From Nematocida ausubeli (taxonomy: Eukaryota): 64,000 nt of DNA. Position 1 is the stretch's first letter. Each line of letters begins with the position of its first letter. The translations under genes were made by a program, and so were the position numbers. The stretch spans positions 149,175-213,174 of the forward strand of contig NW_026515636.1 in the NCBI RefSeq assembly GCF_000738915.1. The letters are read 5' to 3'. Positions 43,157 through 54,270 of this stretch are shown in pieces. The notes beneath the pieces were generated by a model that did not search any database, was not told the origin of the DNA, and saw only the letters and a program-made list of their open reading frames with translations.

Positions 43157-43543
43157 AATTTCGGAAAATTATCACTTCTTAAATTTAAGACCAAAAAATC
43201 ACTGATATGAAGAAAATAGTTCTGGAAAATCTACTAATCAAAAAAATACTAGATAATAGTGTAAGAATAGTAAAACAGCAGTATATGCTAACTACCAAGA
43301 GTAGACCAAGTCAAAAGAAAACAGCCATAATACATCCAGAGTCTGCAACAATAACAAAATAAAATTATCTTGAAATTAACTTTATCTAGTCTAGACCACT
43401 ATTTACTTGCTATAATGTAGCCCCCTTTGGGCACATCAATTTTAAACTCTAAGATCACACAAGTTCGAGAATAATCTCTCTGATGTCCTTCATAACTAAT
43501 CTTACAGGATTTAAATAAAAATGAACTATTTTTTAAAAAACCA

Positions 43544-44332
43544 ATGGCTATCTATACTACGAATACAAAGATAAACATAGATCTACTAAAAAGTGAAAAT
43601 ACTGCTTCAGAAGTACTAGATACTCCAGAGAAGCCAAGAACAAAAGGAGAAATCTTCCATAATCGAATTATTATGGTCACCTGGGTTATTTATCTACTTG
43701 CTATTCAGATAGTTGTTTCTTCTATTATGTCAGAAGCAGTATTTTTACTTCGAACATTTATTAGTTCCATGGAGGAAAACATTTGCGTTAGACTCATAAT
43801 AGTGTTGGGTTCACTGCTTACTTTAGCTGAATTAGGGGGTGCATGGGTTATTTGGCATTTTATAGACAAATTTAGTCCTAGAGTTAAGAACGAACAGCTT
43901 TTAGATTTTAATATAAAACGTGTGTATTGGTATATGCTGGCTGCTCCTGTATTTCTGATGCTATTCATACTCTCAGCTGTTGACATGTCTACTGCTACTT
44001 TTATTATGGAATCCTATGGTTATGCTTTATATGCAATTGGCTTAATATTACTTTTCTCTGAACTCGTAAAAATAACTATTCTAACACTTATATTCCCGTA
44101 TATATATAAGAAAGAAATTAGAGAAAAGGAAGATGGTCTAAGTTCGTATATTCTTGCAATGCTCACTATTTGGCTCTTCTTAATTCCGGGATCTCTTATA
44201 GTGTTCGGGTTATTCGATGGATATGGTCAATATTTCCTTGATCTTGGTATTGAATGCTTTATGAACCCCATCACATCTAAAGATAGTTCAATTACTATAT
44301 CTTGCGATGACTTAAATAATATATTATTCTAG
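43544..44332 (+). CDS. Multi-pass membrane protein, tandem paralogue 2
   Basis: Paralogue of 42362..43156. About 100 bp of upstream sequence is also duplicated. Confidence 0.85.
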   Translation: MAIYTTNTKINIDLLKSENTASEVLDTPEKPRTKGEIFHNRIIMVTWVIYLLAIQIVVSSIMSEAVFLLRTFISSMEENICVRLIIVLGSLLTLAELGGAWVIWHFIDKFSPRVKNEQLLDFNIKRVYWYMLAAPVFLMLFILSAVDMSTATFIMESYGYALYAIGLILLFSELVKITILTLIFPYIYKKEIREKEDGLSSYILAMLTIWLFLIPGSLIVFGLFDGYGQYFLDLGIECFMNPITSKDSSITISCDDLNNILF

Positions 44333-44921
44333 TGTTTAGTTTGATAAATACATCTTGCTTATTGAGCAACGGAAAGTCTCTTTTTGGGTGTAGTTGGATA
44401 GTAAATATTTTACTCTTCTTCTGGTTCTTCCGTATAAATATTTCGTATTTTTGTAGGACAAAATTACTATTCCTTTGAGAAGAATTCTTGCTACAGCAGA
44501 AGGCCTCAAATAGAATATGTTTAATAAATAATGCGTATAAAACTCGCAATTATTACTAGAGAATAGAACCAGATGGAATGCTGCAAGAATATAAAAGTAG
44601 CAGAAGAAAGGACCAATACACAGCAAGAAACAGCAGCAAAGAATATTTTACTACAATAATAAAGCTTCTTCAATTAGTGTTCTGATTATATTTAGCTAGA
44701 ACTTTCTACTGTACAGACACAAAAGCTTTAAGAGACTACTGTAAAACAGCAGAAAGTAAAGAGTTCTAGTCGTAGGATTTGCACCACAGATTCTTCAGAA
44801 ACAGCGAAGATCCAGGCTGTCGATTTATTCTCATGGCAGGCAGGGTACTTTGAGTTCTCATGGTGTGCTTAGATTTACACGTTATTTTGGTTTAAAAGTT
44901 TTTCCAAGTTTTCCATTTTTC

Positions 44922-46223
44922 ATGAAGACCAAATACGAATGGGGCCGAATGGTAATTAAAGACAAACGAATGAACAAGCCACAGAAAGAGAACAAATCCT
45001 TGAAAAGTGTTTTGGAAACTACAGAAGTAGATTCACTAGTTGAAGCAGCAGAGATAATTGAGTATGACTTTTCGCAGAATACATCAATAAAAGCACTCAC
45101 ACAAATAGAAGGAAAGGAAGGAATTAAAATACCGCAGAAGCCAAAAGAGACACTAGACAGAGAAGAGTACAAAAATGAAGAAAGAAAGGCATTTAATGAG
45201 TGGAAACTAAACATGAATGCACTGCTGAACACAAAAGGATCGATCACACCGTACGAGAGAAATATTAATGTATGGAGACAGCTTTGGTTCACAGTAGAGC
45301 AGAATGATCTGATTGTGCAAATTGTTGATGCAAGGAATCCTTTGCTATTTTACACAGAAGACATTCTTAAAATTGCGCCAACCAAGAGGCACTTCCTGCT
45401 TCTCAACAAATCTGATCTTCTAACAGAGAAGCAGAAAAGCGAATGGAGTGCATACTTTACAGACAGAAGGATGGAGCACTTCTTTTATTCAGCAGTGGAA
45501 GATAATTCAGACGAGCTGCTTAAGGCATGGGATGCAATGATAAAGGACGGAGTGAAGACCATAGGAATGATTGGGTACCCGAATGTAGGTAAAAGTTCTA
45601 CAATTAACTCGCTATTCAAGAAGCAAGTGGTAAAGACAAGCATTGTACCAGGAAAGACAAAAAATGTGCAGACCTTGCAGCTGGAGAACATGGTCATTTG
45701 TGACTGCCCAGGGCTTGTGTTCCCTACTTTTGTAGCGCAGAAGCAAGATCTGCTTTTAAACGGAATTCTATCGCTTGATCACACAAGAGACATAAGAGAC
45801 TGTTTGCAGCTAATAGTTGAGAGAATAGGGATAAGAAGGCTATGCTACCTGACAAAGGTCATTGAATTTGTGAATGACTCAAGAAGAACAATTGAAGAGA
45901 ACTATTTGCACTACCTCAAAAAAGCAACAGGATGCGCAGAGGAAGGAAAACTCATAAAGATGGTTATAAAGGAGTATATAAAGGGGACCATTCGTTATGT
46001 CCACCCAGTCCCAGGAATGGACCCATTTTCATTTAATGAAAATAATCACAGAGTACCTGACAGTTATGTCATAAATTCAGCACTAGACCACTCCTGGTAC
46101 AAGGACAAAAAACAAGAGCAGATAAAGGAAGAGGCAACTGAGAAGCTAAAGAAAGATCTTTTATACACAAAGAAGCACTATTTAAAGAAAGGTCTTGAAA
46201 GAGTCTTCAAAACAAAAAGATAG
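44922..46223 (+). CDS. LSG1: Large-subunit GTPase Lsg1
   Basis: ITPYERNINVWRQLW, QIVDARNPL, NKSDLL, GYPNVGKSSTIN, PGKTK and DCPGLVFP. Confidence 0.95.
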   Translation: MKTKYEWGRMVIKDKRMNKPQKENKSLKSVLETTEVDSLVEAAEIIEYDFSQNTSIKALTQIEGKEGIKIPQKPKETLDREEYKNEERKAFNEWKLNMNALLNTKGSITPYERNINVWRQLWFTVEQNDLIVQIVDARNPLLFYTEDILKIAPTKRHFLLLNKSDLLTEKQKSEWSAYFTDRRMEHFFYSAVEDNSDELLKAWDAMIKDGVKTIGMIGYPNVGKSSTINSLFKKQVVKTSIVPGKTKNVQTLQLENMVICDCPGLVFPTFVAQKQDLLLNGILSLDHTRDIRDCLQLIVERIGIRRLCYLTKVIEFVNDSRRTIEENYLHYLKKATGCAEEGKLIKMVIKEYIKGTIRYVHPVPGMDPFSFNENNHRVPDSYVINSALDHSWYKDKKQEQIKEEATEKLKKDLLYTKKHYLKKGLERVFKTKR

Positions 46224-47136
46224 AGACTAAGACATTATGAAGTAAATTATTATAAAGTATTATATGAGTATTCCGCGGTTTAAAATAGCTTAGCGCACAT
46301 ATGGAGTCATAAATAATTCCCAGATGGATTATAAGTATACGCATAAGAGTTCTGTATAATTCGCTTATTATTGCTACTAATTCTCACTTACACAAGAATA
46401 TGTGCATATTAATTGCTTTTCATATTTATGTCTCTGCTGCTACAAAAGCACACTAATATAGTCCAGGATAAAGGACATAGAATAAATGCATAGATATAAC
46501 CCGAATATAATAATCCTCAGAGCCAGAACTCTTTAAATTCATCGATATTCTGTATATTTGTCTTATAAGGCAGTCATGAAATCAAAAAAACAGAAGCATA
46601 TACATGCACAGAGTTACTACATTTTTATTGAATATCATGTGACAGGATTACTGCATAATTAAATTAATATGCATTACTAATAGATCCATAGAAGAATAGT
46701 TCTTCTTTGAACCAAAGAATTATATCTCTTCTTTCTCACATCTCTGCAGATTATGCATAATTTTATAACTACGCATTTCTCATCTACGGAAATCCTTTGA
46801 TATAGTATCTTTCTGTGACTGGTGCTATCTTATCTGTGGCTTTATACATAAGACAGCCACTGGGTTCCTGTGAATTCATACTATTTCAGCTGTAGCCCAC
46901 CCAGATACTTATGAAAATGTAATGAAAATGTGTTCCATAGAAAGACCCGAGTGTAAGTATGCGGCAAGAAAGAAGAAGGCAGAGAGAAAAGCAAAGAGAC
47001 AAATAATATTCTATTTTTATGGAATAGCGAAAGAACACAAAAGCCATAGGGGTATCTGCTAATAGATGCCCTGTACGCAGCACACGAGTATATTTGTGCT
47101 TAGAACCATGTAATTTTCTCTTGTGCAAAACTCTAG

Positions 47137-48009
47137 TTATTTACTATGAAGGAAGCCTAAGTACTTTGTAACTGAAATACTGTGCTTTTTAAAGATGGAG
47201 CTGTGGAGGATGGGCTTTTCCAGATACTTTTTCACCTCGCATATACATATAAGTAGATCCCTGAGGGTGTGCTCTGTAAACTCATGGAATGCATCAAAAT
47301 CATCACTTTCTCCATAGAGAATCTCACGGGCTGTGTATGCAATGGAGCAGCCTAACATGGAAGGCGAGTACTTTAAAAAAGACTCTTCTGGGAGTACAGA
47401 ATCCAAAATAACAACAGCCAAATTCTCAACATCTTTCTGTTGTGCGCACTGTCTTAGCCAATTAAGAGGCGAGGGATAGCTTATCTTGTAGTCTAGGCAG
47501 TGCAGCATGTACTTCTCTGCCCGGAGTATTTCATTCTCAGTGAAGCTTCTGTCTGTCAGAACAACAAATGTCTCAACAGAAGGAGAGGCAACCTCTTCAA
47601 ACTTTGAGGCTATGAGTAGTCCTGCCACACCCACTAGCTGCAGCTTTCCTATGCTCACAATGCGGTGCGTCAGGAATCTATCAATCAAATTCACAGAAAG
47701 ATAGAGAGTCTCTGGGAGGAGATTCAGCTTATAGTGAACATCAATAATCCAATCGATCAGAACAGTGCGCATTGCCCATTTAATCTCCTCCTGCGATGCC
47801 ATGTAATCCGGGGAGGGCATTGATTTATTCTCTTCCCTCATGTAGTGCAGGAGAATTTCCCTGACATAAGGTTTTACATCCCTGACATCACCAGGTTCTG
47901 GTGCAGGCGTATTCTTAATCTCTCTAACTGTTTTATTATGGATCTCTGCCAATGCCTTCCTCTTTATCTTCTTGGTTTCCATCCTTTCTGTGCTACTTTT
48001 GACTTTCAT
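47137..48009 (-). CDS. B-type cyclin
   Basis: Cyclin box MRTVLIDW...LLPETLYL...LQLVG...IASKFEE and D-box RKALAEIHN. CCCC before the ATG at 48009. Confidence 0.92.
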   Translation of the reverse strand: MKVKSSTERMETKKIKRKALAEIHNKTVREIKNTPAPEPGDVRDVKPYVREILLHYMREENKSMPSPDYMASQEEIKWAMRTVLIDWIIDVHYKLNLLPETLYLSVNLIDRFLTHRIVSIGKLQLVGVAGLLIASKFEEVASPSVETFVVLTDRSFTENEILRAEKYMLHCLDYKISYPSPLNWLRQCAQQKDVENLAVVILDSVLPEESFLKYSPSMLGCSIAYTAREILYGESDDFDAFHEFTEHTLRDLLICICEVKKYLEKPILHSSIFKKHSISVTKYLGFLHSK

Positions 48010-48062
48010 AGGGGAATGAATGGCAAATAAAAGAAAATCAATTTTGTTTAAAAGAAAGAGCA

Positions 48063-49154
48063 ATGAGTCTTCAGAAGTATATAAGTGAGCTGAAAGAGAA
48101 AGGGAACAGTGATAAACTGCGCAGTACTCTATTAGAGCTAGGAGGATTTGCCACATGCGAGCTAAACAATGAAGAAATTCTTAATGAGCTTTTAGAGCTA
48201 AGCCAGTCAAGCGACTTGCTAATTTCCTTGAAGGCACTTCAGCTTCTCACCCGGGTGTACCGATACAGAAATAAAGGAAGTGAAAAATACTACAAAATAG
48301 CAGCGGATATCATCAAAGAGGAGCCAGACAGCAAGAAGACAGAGCAGATTCTGATATTTCTGCAACGGTTAAGTACCTTGGACTACCAAGCAAAACGCAT
48401 CCCAATAAACCTCTTTGATGAAGACCCAATAAAAGAGGAAATTGCAAATAATACTGGACTAATAACTGCCATACTAACAGTCTGCACTAAGCGCACGTGT
48501 AAGTACCAGGGCCTTATACTCCTGTGGATGCTCACTTTCTCCAGCAGTGCACTGACTATTCTCAGTCAAACCCCAATGTTTTACATGCTTTCTTTTATCT
48601 CAAAGGACAGCAAAGAGAAAGAACTTCGGGTGGCTTTGGGGATTATTAAAAACTATCTGAAGTACACGCAGAAGTACAACTACGAAACATTCCAAAAAAT
48701 AGAGTCACTTCTTTCTGTGCTCTCAAATAAAGGGAACAAAGATGACCCGGAGGAACAGAATGACTTGAAGTTCTGCAGGGAGAGATACATAAAACTCTCA
48801 CAAAATATCTCTACCTTTGACTCGTACTTGGAGGAATTGCAGAGTGGCAGCCTTCAAGCACACCCATATCACTTTAACACAGAATTCTGGAAGACAAATT
48901 TAGATACTCTTGTGCTTAAGAGGGTAGACATAATTAAGTCTCTGAAACGGTTCTTAAAGTCAGAGAATCACAATAATATCTGGATTGCAGCAAATGACAT
49001 ATATAGAATAATTGAAGTGTATCCGGAGTCTATAGGGTTGATTAGGCAGATGGGTGTTCACCTGGTGCTCTTTGAAATACTTGCTGCAAAGACCAGTGAG
49101 GATGTTCGATTTCACGCTATGGAGGCACTTAGTGTGTGCTACAACAAAGAGTAA
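48063..49154 (+). CDS. VMA13: V-ATPase subunit H
   Basis: KEKELRV and STFDSYLEELQSGSL...H...FWKTN, IAANDI, VRFHAM match the subunit H C-terminal domain. Confidence 0.88.
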   Translation: MSLQKYISELKEKGNSDKLRSTLLELGGFATCELNNEEILNELLELSQSSDLLISLKALQLLTRVYRYRNKGSEKYYKIAADIIKEEPDSKKTEQILIFLQRLSTLDYQAKRIPINLFDEDPIKEEIANNTGLITAILTVCTKRTCKYQGLILLWMLTFSSSALTILSQTPMFYMLSFISKDSKEKELRVALGIIKNYLKYTQKYNYETFQKIESLLSVLSNKGNKDDPEEQNDLKFCRERYIKLSQNISTFDSYLEELQSGSLQAHPYHFNTEFWKTNLDTLVLKRVDIIKSLKRFLKSENHNNIWIAANDIYRIIEVYPESIGLIRQMGVHLVLFEILAAKTSEDVRFHAMEALSVCYNKE

Positions 49155-49198
49155 TGATTGGCTAAAATGAATTTATAGGAGAGAATGACTTAAGGAGG

Positions 49199-49636
49199 AT
49201 GGAAAATGAAGTTGTAATAGAGCAGGTTTCAAGAAAGGTTGATTTTGATTGCAGTATATGCATGTGCGAGGTGGAAATTCCTGTGGTAACCAGATGCGGG
49301 CATCTGTTCTGCTGGGGGTGCATAAGCGGATGGGGAAATAAATCCAGCATATGTCCAGTTTGCAAGACACTTTGCAGCCTATCCACAGTGATACCAATAT
49401 ACTCAAAGGGAAAACAGCACAGTAAGGGATTCTTCCCAAAGCCGCAGGATGTGCAAAGCACATGGAAGAAGAGTTCAAATTTAGTTAATTTTGGGTACTC
49501 GGAAGAACTAAGAATCTTTCACTTGCAGGGCATGGAGTACAGAAGAAGTATCTATGGAAAACATTGCCTTCTCACGAAGATTCTTTATATGATCTTCCTT
49601 CTATTTTTTATTATGGTGTTTTTTCTTCTAGAATAA
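49199..49636 (+). CDS. RNF5/RMA1-like C3HC4 RING E3 ligase, tail-anchored
   Basis: FDCSIC...PVVTRCGHLFCWGC...CPVCK...VIPIY and a C-terminal TM. Confidence 0.88.
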   Translation: MENEVVIEQVSRKVDFDCSICMCEVEIPVVTRCGHLFCWGCISGWGNKSSICPVCKTLCSLSTVIPIYSKGKQHSKGFFPKPQDVQSTWKKSSNLVNFGYSEELRIFHLQGMEYRRSIYGKHCLLTKILYMIFLLFFIMVFFLLE

Positions 49637-49883
49637 ATTGTATACGGTATTATGCGTATTTCATTGGGTTCTTCATATTTTCATCTGCACATAGAGGACT
49701 GGCCAGTCATTGGCACTTACGAATTAAAGACAGTTCCATCATTTATCGTGTGAATTCAGGTAGACCAATCATATTTAGTATATTTTGGCTTAATTATGTT
49801 GCACTAAAATATAACGGAAAGTATATAAAGTATATGTGATTTTGTACCGGTATTGTACTTAGGTTAAATTTATATAAATATCC

Positions 49884-50011
49884 CAGTACATAGTAGATTC
49901 TAGCATACAAAGTATTCTAGTACATAATAGATTCTAGTATATAATGAAGAGTATTTTAGTATACAAAATATTCTAGTACATAATGAATTTTAGTACACAA
50001 AGTATTCTAGC
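49884..50011. repeat. Minisatellite of ~17-18 bp units
   Basis: About 7 degenerate copies of ATTCTAGTACA(T/C)AA..., alternating two variants. Confidence 0.8.
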
Positions 50012-50315
50012 AAGACAATTCACATTTGGACAATTAATATTTGAATAACTCACTTTCTTCCAGGTGACTACTGTGCAGTACTTGGTAAAAATAATTATAA
50101 ATTTGCATTTATTTTTAGCCCTTGCAATTAGAGTCACATTTCCTTTATAGCCAGATGTGCTATAAATTGCAACATACAACAGAAGGTACTAAAACCGCTT
50201 GTTAATTATTTAATAGGTCCAATGTTCTTCTAACAATTTTTACTTAAGCACCTTTGTGACAGATGCCTTCCCAAAGCATTTTTGTTTTAAATATTTCGAT
50301 TTCTTGCTTTTTTTT

Positions 50316-50528
50316 ATGCAGCCAATTGAGTGGATTGAGAAAAATAAAGGAGAAAGGGTTAGAGTGGTTTTAAGAACAGGGAGAGTATATTCTGGGACTT
50401 TTATCAGCTACGACTCAAATGTAAACATTCTCTTTGAGGATTTGTCTTGCTGGAATACCAAGGAGAAAATTGGAAAATCGATTCTGAATGGAACAACAGT
50501 AGCATACATGGAGAGATTAGTAAATTAG
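50316..50528 (+). CDS. Sm/LSm-fold protein, 70 aa
   Basis: GERVRVVLRTGRVYSGTFISYDSNVNI Sm1 motif and a degenerate Sm2 (ILNGTTV). Confidence 0.8.
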   Translation: MQPIEWIEKNKGERVRVVLRTGRVYSGTFISYDSNVNILFEDLSCWNTKEKIGKSILNGTTVAYMERLVN

Positions 50529-50568
50529 AGGTCAACTTGTTTTTGTTTATTGTGATATTTATAGGTGG

Positions 50569-52029
50569 CTATGCAGAAATAAGACTTGACTCAGTGGAAA
50601 TTCTCCAAGTTTGGCTGTTTTCATGCTCTGCTGCATATTTCATCTGCAAAGAAATGGCTTCATTCGCTGGAATATTCCCTGAGAAGGGTTTTCCTTCAAT
50701 GGGCAAGTCATTGCCTGTGATAATTATGTTGCTTAGAATTATAGCCTTCAGGGCATGGTGTCTGTCACAGTGAGTCATTGATTCAATCTGCTTTCTGCCA
50801 AGGCGGCACGTGAATTTAAAATACACGGAGATCTTCTCCAGTCTGTACAGCCCAAAGGACTGCTGCAGAATTGCCTCTAGTATGCGCTCTGCCTGGTTCT
50901 GCTGCAATTCTGTTGTAAAAGTAATTAAGAGATGCTCTATTTGCAAGTTCTTCAGGAAGGACATTGACATATCTGGGCATGCATTGACTCCTTGTGCTGT
51001 GATAGAATTCTTCTGGCTGCATTGCAATCCTGCGATGCGTATTTGAAGAACGTTATTTGCCTTAAATCTTTGAAATATGCTGGATGTCTTGTTTACAATT
51101 GGAAGATACTCCACGGAATAGTTTTGTCCTGGATGATTTATGAGCATGTGCGTGTTATGCTGGGATGTCACAAGAAATCCATTTTGGAAGAGATCTTGGT
51201 AGATGCCTATATCCAGCTTAAGCCTCCACAGACGATCAAATTGAAATATCTCTGGGTCTTTGCTCTCAACGTATTTGTGTGCCCGTATCTCGCTCTGTGT
51301 GATAGTAAGGGTCTCCAGATTTGTAAACTGTTGAAGTATTAGTCTGTCACTGTAATTTAGTCTTTCATGGAATACTTCAAGCCTTCTTATCTCTTTCATG
51401 TTAATATTCATAAATGCCTTAAATGAATCTATTCTCGTGTTATTTAAAACTATGCTCCTTAGGGACTGAAAGTGCACTTGATCGAATAATTTGCACAGAA
51501 TATCTCTCTGGGTATTTTTAATGGAAATTGCCCGGATTGTATCATTTACAACGACTTCATCCTTACTTCTATTCCATCTGGATGCTTCCCCAGATATTTT
51601 AAATGACTCAATATGAGACACTTTTCCAACTTCACTAATTATAGCTGAAGAAATAACTGCATTATGTAATGAAATACTTCTTACTGTTTTTATTGCAGAT
51701 ATCCATTCATGCTTCAGCTCTTTATTTATTCCCTCCAGCTGCAATTCTTCAATATTCATTTCCCCAAGAGACTGAAGGATTCTGACTAAATCCTCTTCTT
51801 TAATATCTTCGCAGTTTTTCACTGTGGCAATTACCCAGTTCCCTTTGAGTGCTGCCTTCTGCAGCTCTTTATTTGCTCTTTCAATGGACACGTCTATTAC
51901 TTCTTTTTGCGCTAAGTCATCTAGTACTATCTGAAGCCTTTTAGTCCTGGAATTTACCAAAATATATGCAATAAACAACACTACAGCACATATAATTGCG
52001 CACAAACATATTTCTACTGTGTACTCCAT
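50569..52029 (-). CDS. Signal-anchored leucine-rich-repeat-like protein
   Basis: N-terminal TM followed by repeated LxxLxI/L patterns (LRSIVLNN, LETLTIT, LEKISV). First in-frame ATG is 52029. Confidence 0.7.
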   Translation of the reverse strand: MEYTVEICLCAIICAVVLFIAYILVNSRTKRLQIVLDDLAQKEVIDVSIERANKELQKAALKGNWVIATVKNCEDIKEEDLVRILQSLGEMNIEELQLEGINKELKHEWISAIKTVRSISLHNAVISSAIISEVGKVSHIESFKISGEASRWNRSKDEVVVNDTIRAISIKNTQRDILCKLFDQVHFQSLRSIVLNNTRIDSFKAFMNINMKEIRRLEVFHERLNYSDRLILQQFTNLETLTITQSEIRAHKYVESKDPEIFQFDRLWRLKLDIGIYQDLFQNGFLVTSQHNTHMLINHPGQNYSVEYLPIVNKTSSIFQRFKANNVLQIRIAGLQCSQKNSITAQGVNACPDMSMSFLKNLQIEHLLITFTTELQQNQAERILEAILQQSFGLYRLEKISVYFKFTCRLGRKQIESMTHCDRHHALKAIILSNIIITGNDLPIEGKPFSGNIPANEAISLQMKYAAEHENSQTWRISTESSLISA

Positions 52030-52123
52030 ATTACTCCGTGTTAATAATTCCTCCAATATTTGACGTTTTCATACCCCGTAAATAACTGCCCCTACTGGAA
52101 TTTCAAGGAAAATGTCTTCTTTA

Positions 52124-52810
52124 TTAAAATTCGCTTAACTGAAGAAGTGTTCCAGCTAAGTGGCAGATAAGTGTTATATCTGTGAAGTATATGTAGAATA
52201 CTGTGACATTGCTGAGTACTCCTACAATTATTCTGTTTGGCTCTAATTTGCATATTTTGGAGATAACCGTAAATCCATCTGCTGGAATAATAAATGCATA
52301 TGTCTTTTCCTTCTTTTTAATGTAATTAACTGTCTTCTGAAGGGCACATGATTTAACTGGACCATTTACTTTTATTTCCAGATTATTTCGGTTAAATGAA
52401 ATTTGAATTGAGTGACTGTCTTTTATGGGGATTTTTCGTAGTAAAACCCCGTCTATGTCTGCAATTATATCTGCATTCAAGCCAGGAGGTGCAATTTCAT
52501 CTGTTTCCTTGGCTATGCACTCTAGTTGCAGCGTATATCCCTCCTGCTCTATGCTTAAAGTGGCCATTCCTTCATTTGTAAATCGAATATCTGAGAATAC
52601 TTTGCACTCCTTTAAGAGTCTGTAAAATTCAGTCATTCTTACTTCCACCGTGTGCGCTAATCTACTTGTAATACCTGACTTACTAATGGATATATGCATA
52701 TCCACAGTGCTTGTCCCAAATATCCGCAATTCACTCTCTTTTCCTGTTAAAAGAAGACTATTTGGCTTGACTGCTTGCAGTATGCTGCAGAGAAGGCTTA
52801 TGACACTCAT
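52124..52810 (-). CDS. Hypothetical protein, ~228 aa, possibly PCNA/9-1-1 clamp fold
   Basis: Clear ORF. Its size and two beta-rich halves with a F..LLK helix suggest a sliding-clamp fold; that functional call is weak. Confidence 0.5.
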   Translation of the reverse strand: MSVISLLCSILQAVKPNSLLLTGKESELRIFGTSTVDMHISISKSGITSRLAHTVEVRMTEFYRLLKECKVFSDIRFTNEGMATLSIEQEGYTLQLECIAKETDEIAPPGLNADIIADIDGVLLRKIPIKDSHSIQISFNRNNLEIKVNGPVKSCALQKTVNYIKKKEKTYAFIIPADGFTVISKICKLEPNRIIVGVLSNVTVFYIYFTDITLICHLAGTLLQLSEF

Positions 52811-53107
52811 TGTGCAAAAATTAATTGGCAGATACTTGCACCCCAGAATATCCGAAATAAATATACTAGAACTGTATACCACATACAGTAAAGCATAACT
52901 CAGTGAAAGACCCAGATAACTGAATATATTCTGTGAATATTTCAGAGTAACTGATTAGGGTTATATCGGGGTTATTTTTAAAGTAATTTCTGCACTAAAA
53001 TATATTCCAGTAGATAAAATATCTTACTGTGTGTATTAAAATAACGGTTTATTGTTGATTTTTAAGTGATTTTATCAGATATATACTAAATATAATAGAT
53101 ATGTGTA

Positions 53108-53467
53108 TTATATACGCACTTCCCTTCTCTCTTCTGTTTTCTGATTGTTTATGATCCATTTCTTTGCTTTCTTGATTATTCCAGAGACTTTTACAATGCG
53201 GAGCTGCGTAATGAGGCCATTTACTTCAATGACTTGACTGAATATTTTATGAATGCTTTCTACACCACTAAGGAAGACCTTTACTATTCCCATTCCTAAG
53301 TGCGAATAATATTCAACGATTTTTAGCTTTGGCATGGTCATTGCATAGTCCCAGTCACTTAGAATTTCATTTGCTGAGTTTGCAATTCCCTTATATATAT
53401 CTGCAGGCACAAGCTCTTTGTTGTATTTTGTGGTGAACACAATGTATCTGAACTTTTCTCGGACCAT
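53108..53467 (-). CDS. POP5: RNase P/MRP subunit Pop5
   Basis: MVREKFRYIVF N-terminus, GMGIVKV and IVKVSGIIKKA C-terminus. Confidence 0.88.
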   Translation of the reverse strand: MVREKFRYIVFTTKYNKELVPADIYKGIANSANEILSDWDYAMTMPKLKIVEYYSHLGMGIVKVFLSGVESIHKIFSQVIEVNGLITQLRIVKVSGIIKKAKKWIINNQKTEERREVRI

Positions 53468-53714
53468 GAAAAATTGCAACTAAATTCCATGCAAAATAAA
53501 GCAAGAAAATATTTAGCAGAAGTATTCAAAGGAACACACGAATACGCAAATACGTAAATACTTTAGTGCAGTATAAGTTCATTTTCATATAACCGAATAT
53601 GCAGGACTGTAAATATTATTTAGATATAGAAACAACCTGAATTTCATTTGGAATACACTGGTGAAATATGGACTGTAGAGACCTTACACTAGCACATCTT
53701 AAAGGCCTGTGAAT

Positions 53715-53922
53715 ATTTCGGGTTATATCGGGTTATATACTGGGTTGCATCTGGTTATATCTGGTTATATACTGATTATATACTAGATTCGGGTTATTTC
53801 TTGGTTATATACTGGATTATTTCTGGCTATATACTGGGCTATATACTGGGTTAAATGAAAATATATCTATTTAATTTTAAAGCTTAACTCCTACTACATA
53901 CTCGATTATATACTGGGTTATT
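53715..53922. repeat. Tandem array of (C/T)GGGTTATATA-like 10-12 bp units
   Basis: More than a dozen CTGGTTATAT / CTGGGCTATATA / TCGGGTTATA units. Confidence 0.85.
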
Positions 53923-54270
53923 TAGTGCACTCTGCTGAGCATAAAATATTCTAATGGGAAAGCACTTTCCATAGAACTGTCTTAAGAAGAATATGAACAA
54001 ATATATGCTTTTATTACTTGCCTTCTATCCATGCATATAGCAAGTATACTACCATATAATATAGTACTGTTATATGCTATTTTTATTCATTTCTGTTGTC
54101 TTGTGACTGTCTAAAGATAGCATGCTTGTAGAAATATAGAAAATATTCAGACCTTCCAGATGCACCAAGAACTTCCCTGTGTGAATCTAAGCCTAGCCCA
54201 CTTGAATATTTATTCTTCATTTCTAAAATGCATGCATATACATATCCATCTCTAAACTGCCTGAAATAGT

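Noticed and set aside
53715..53922. Repeat array as possible CRISPR or telomere
   Set aside because: Units are 10-12 bp with no unique spacers and no cas genes, the context is eukaryotic and chromosome-internal, and the units are not clean TTAGG(G).
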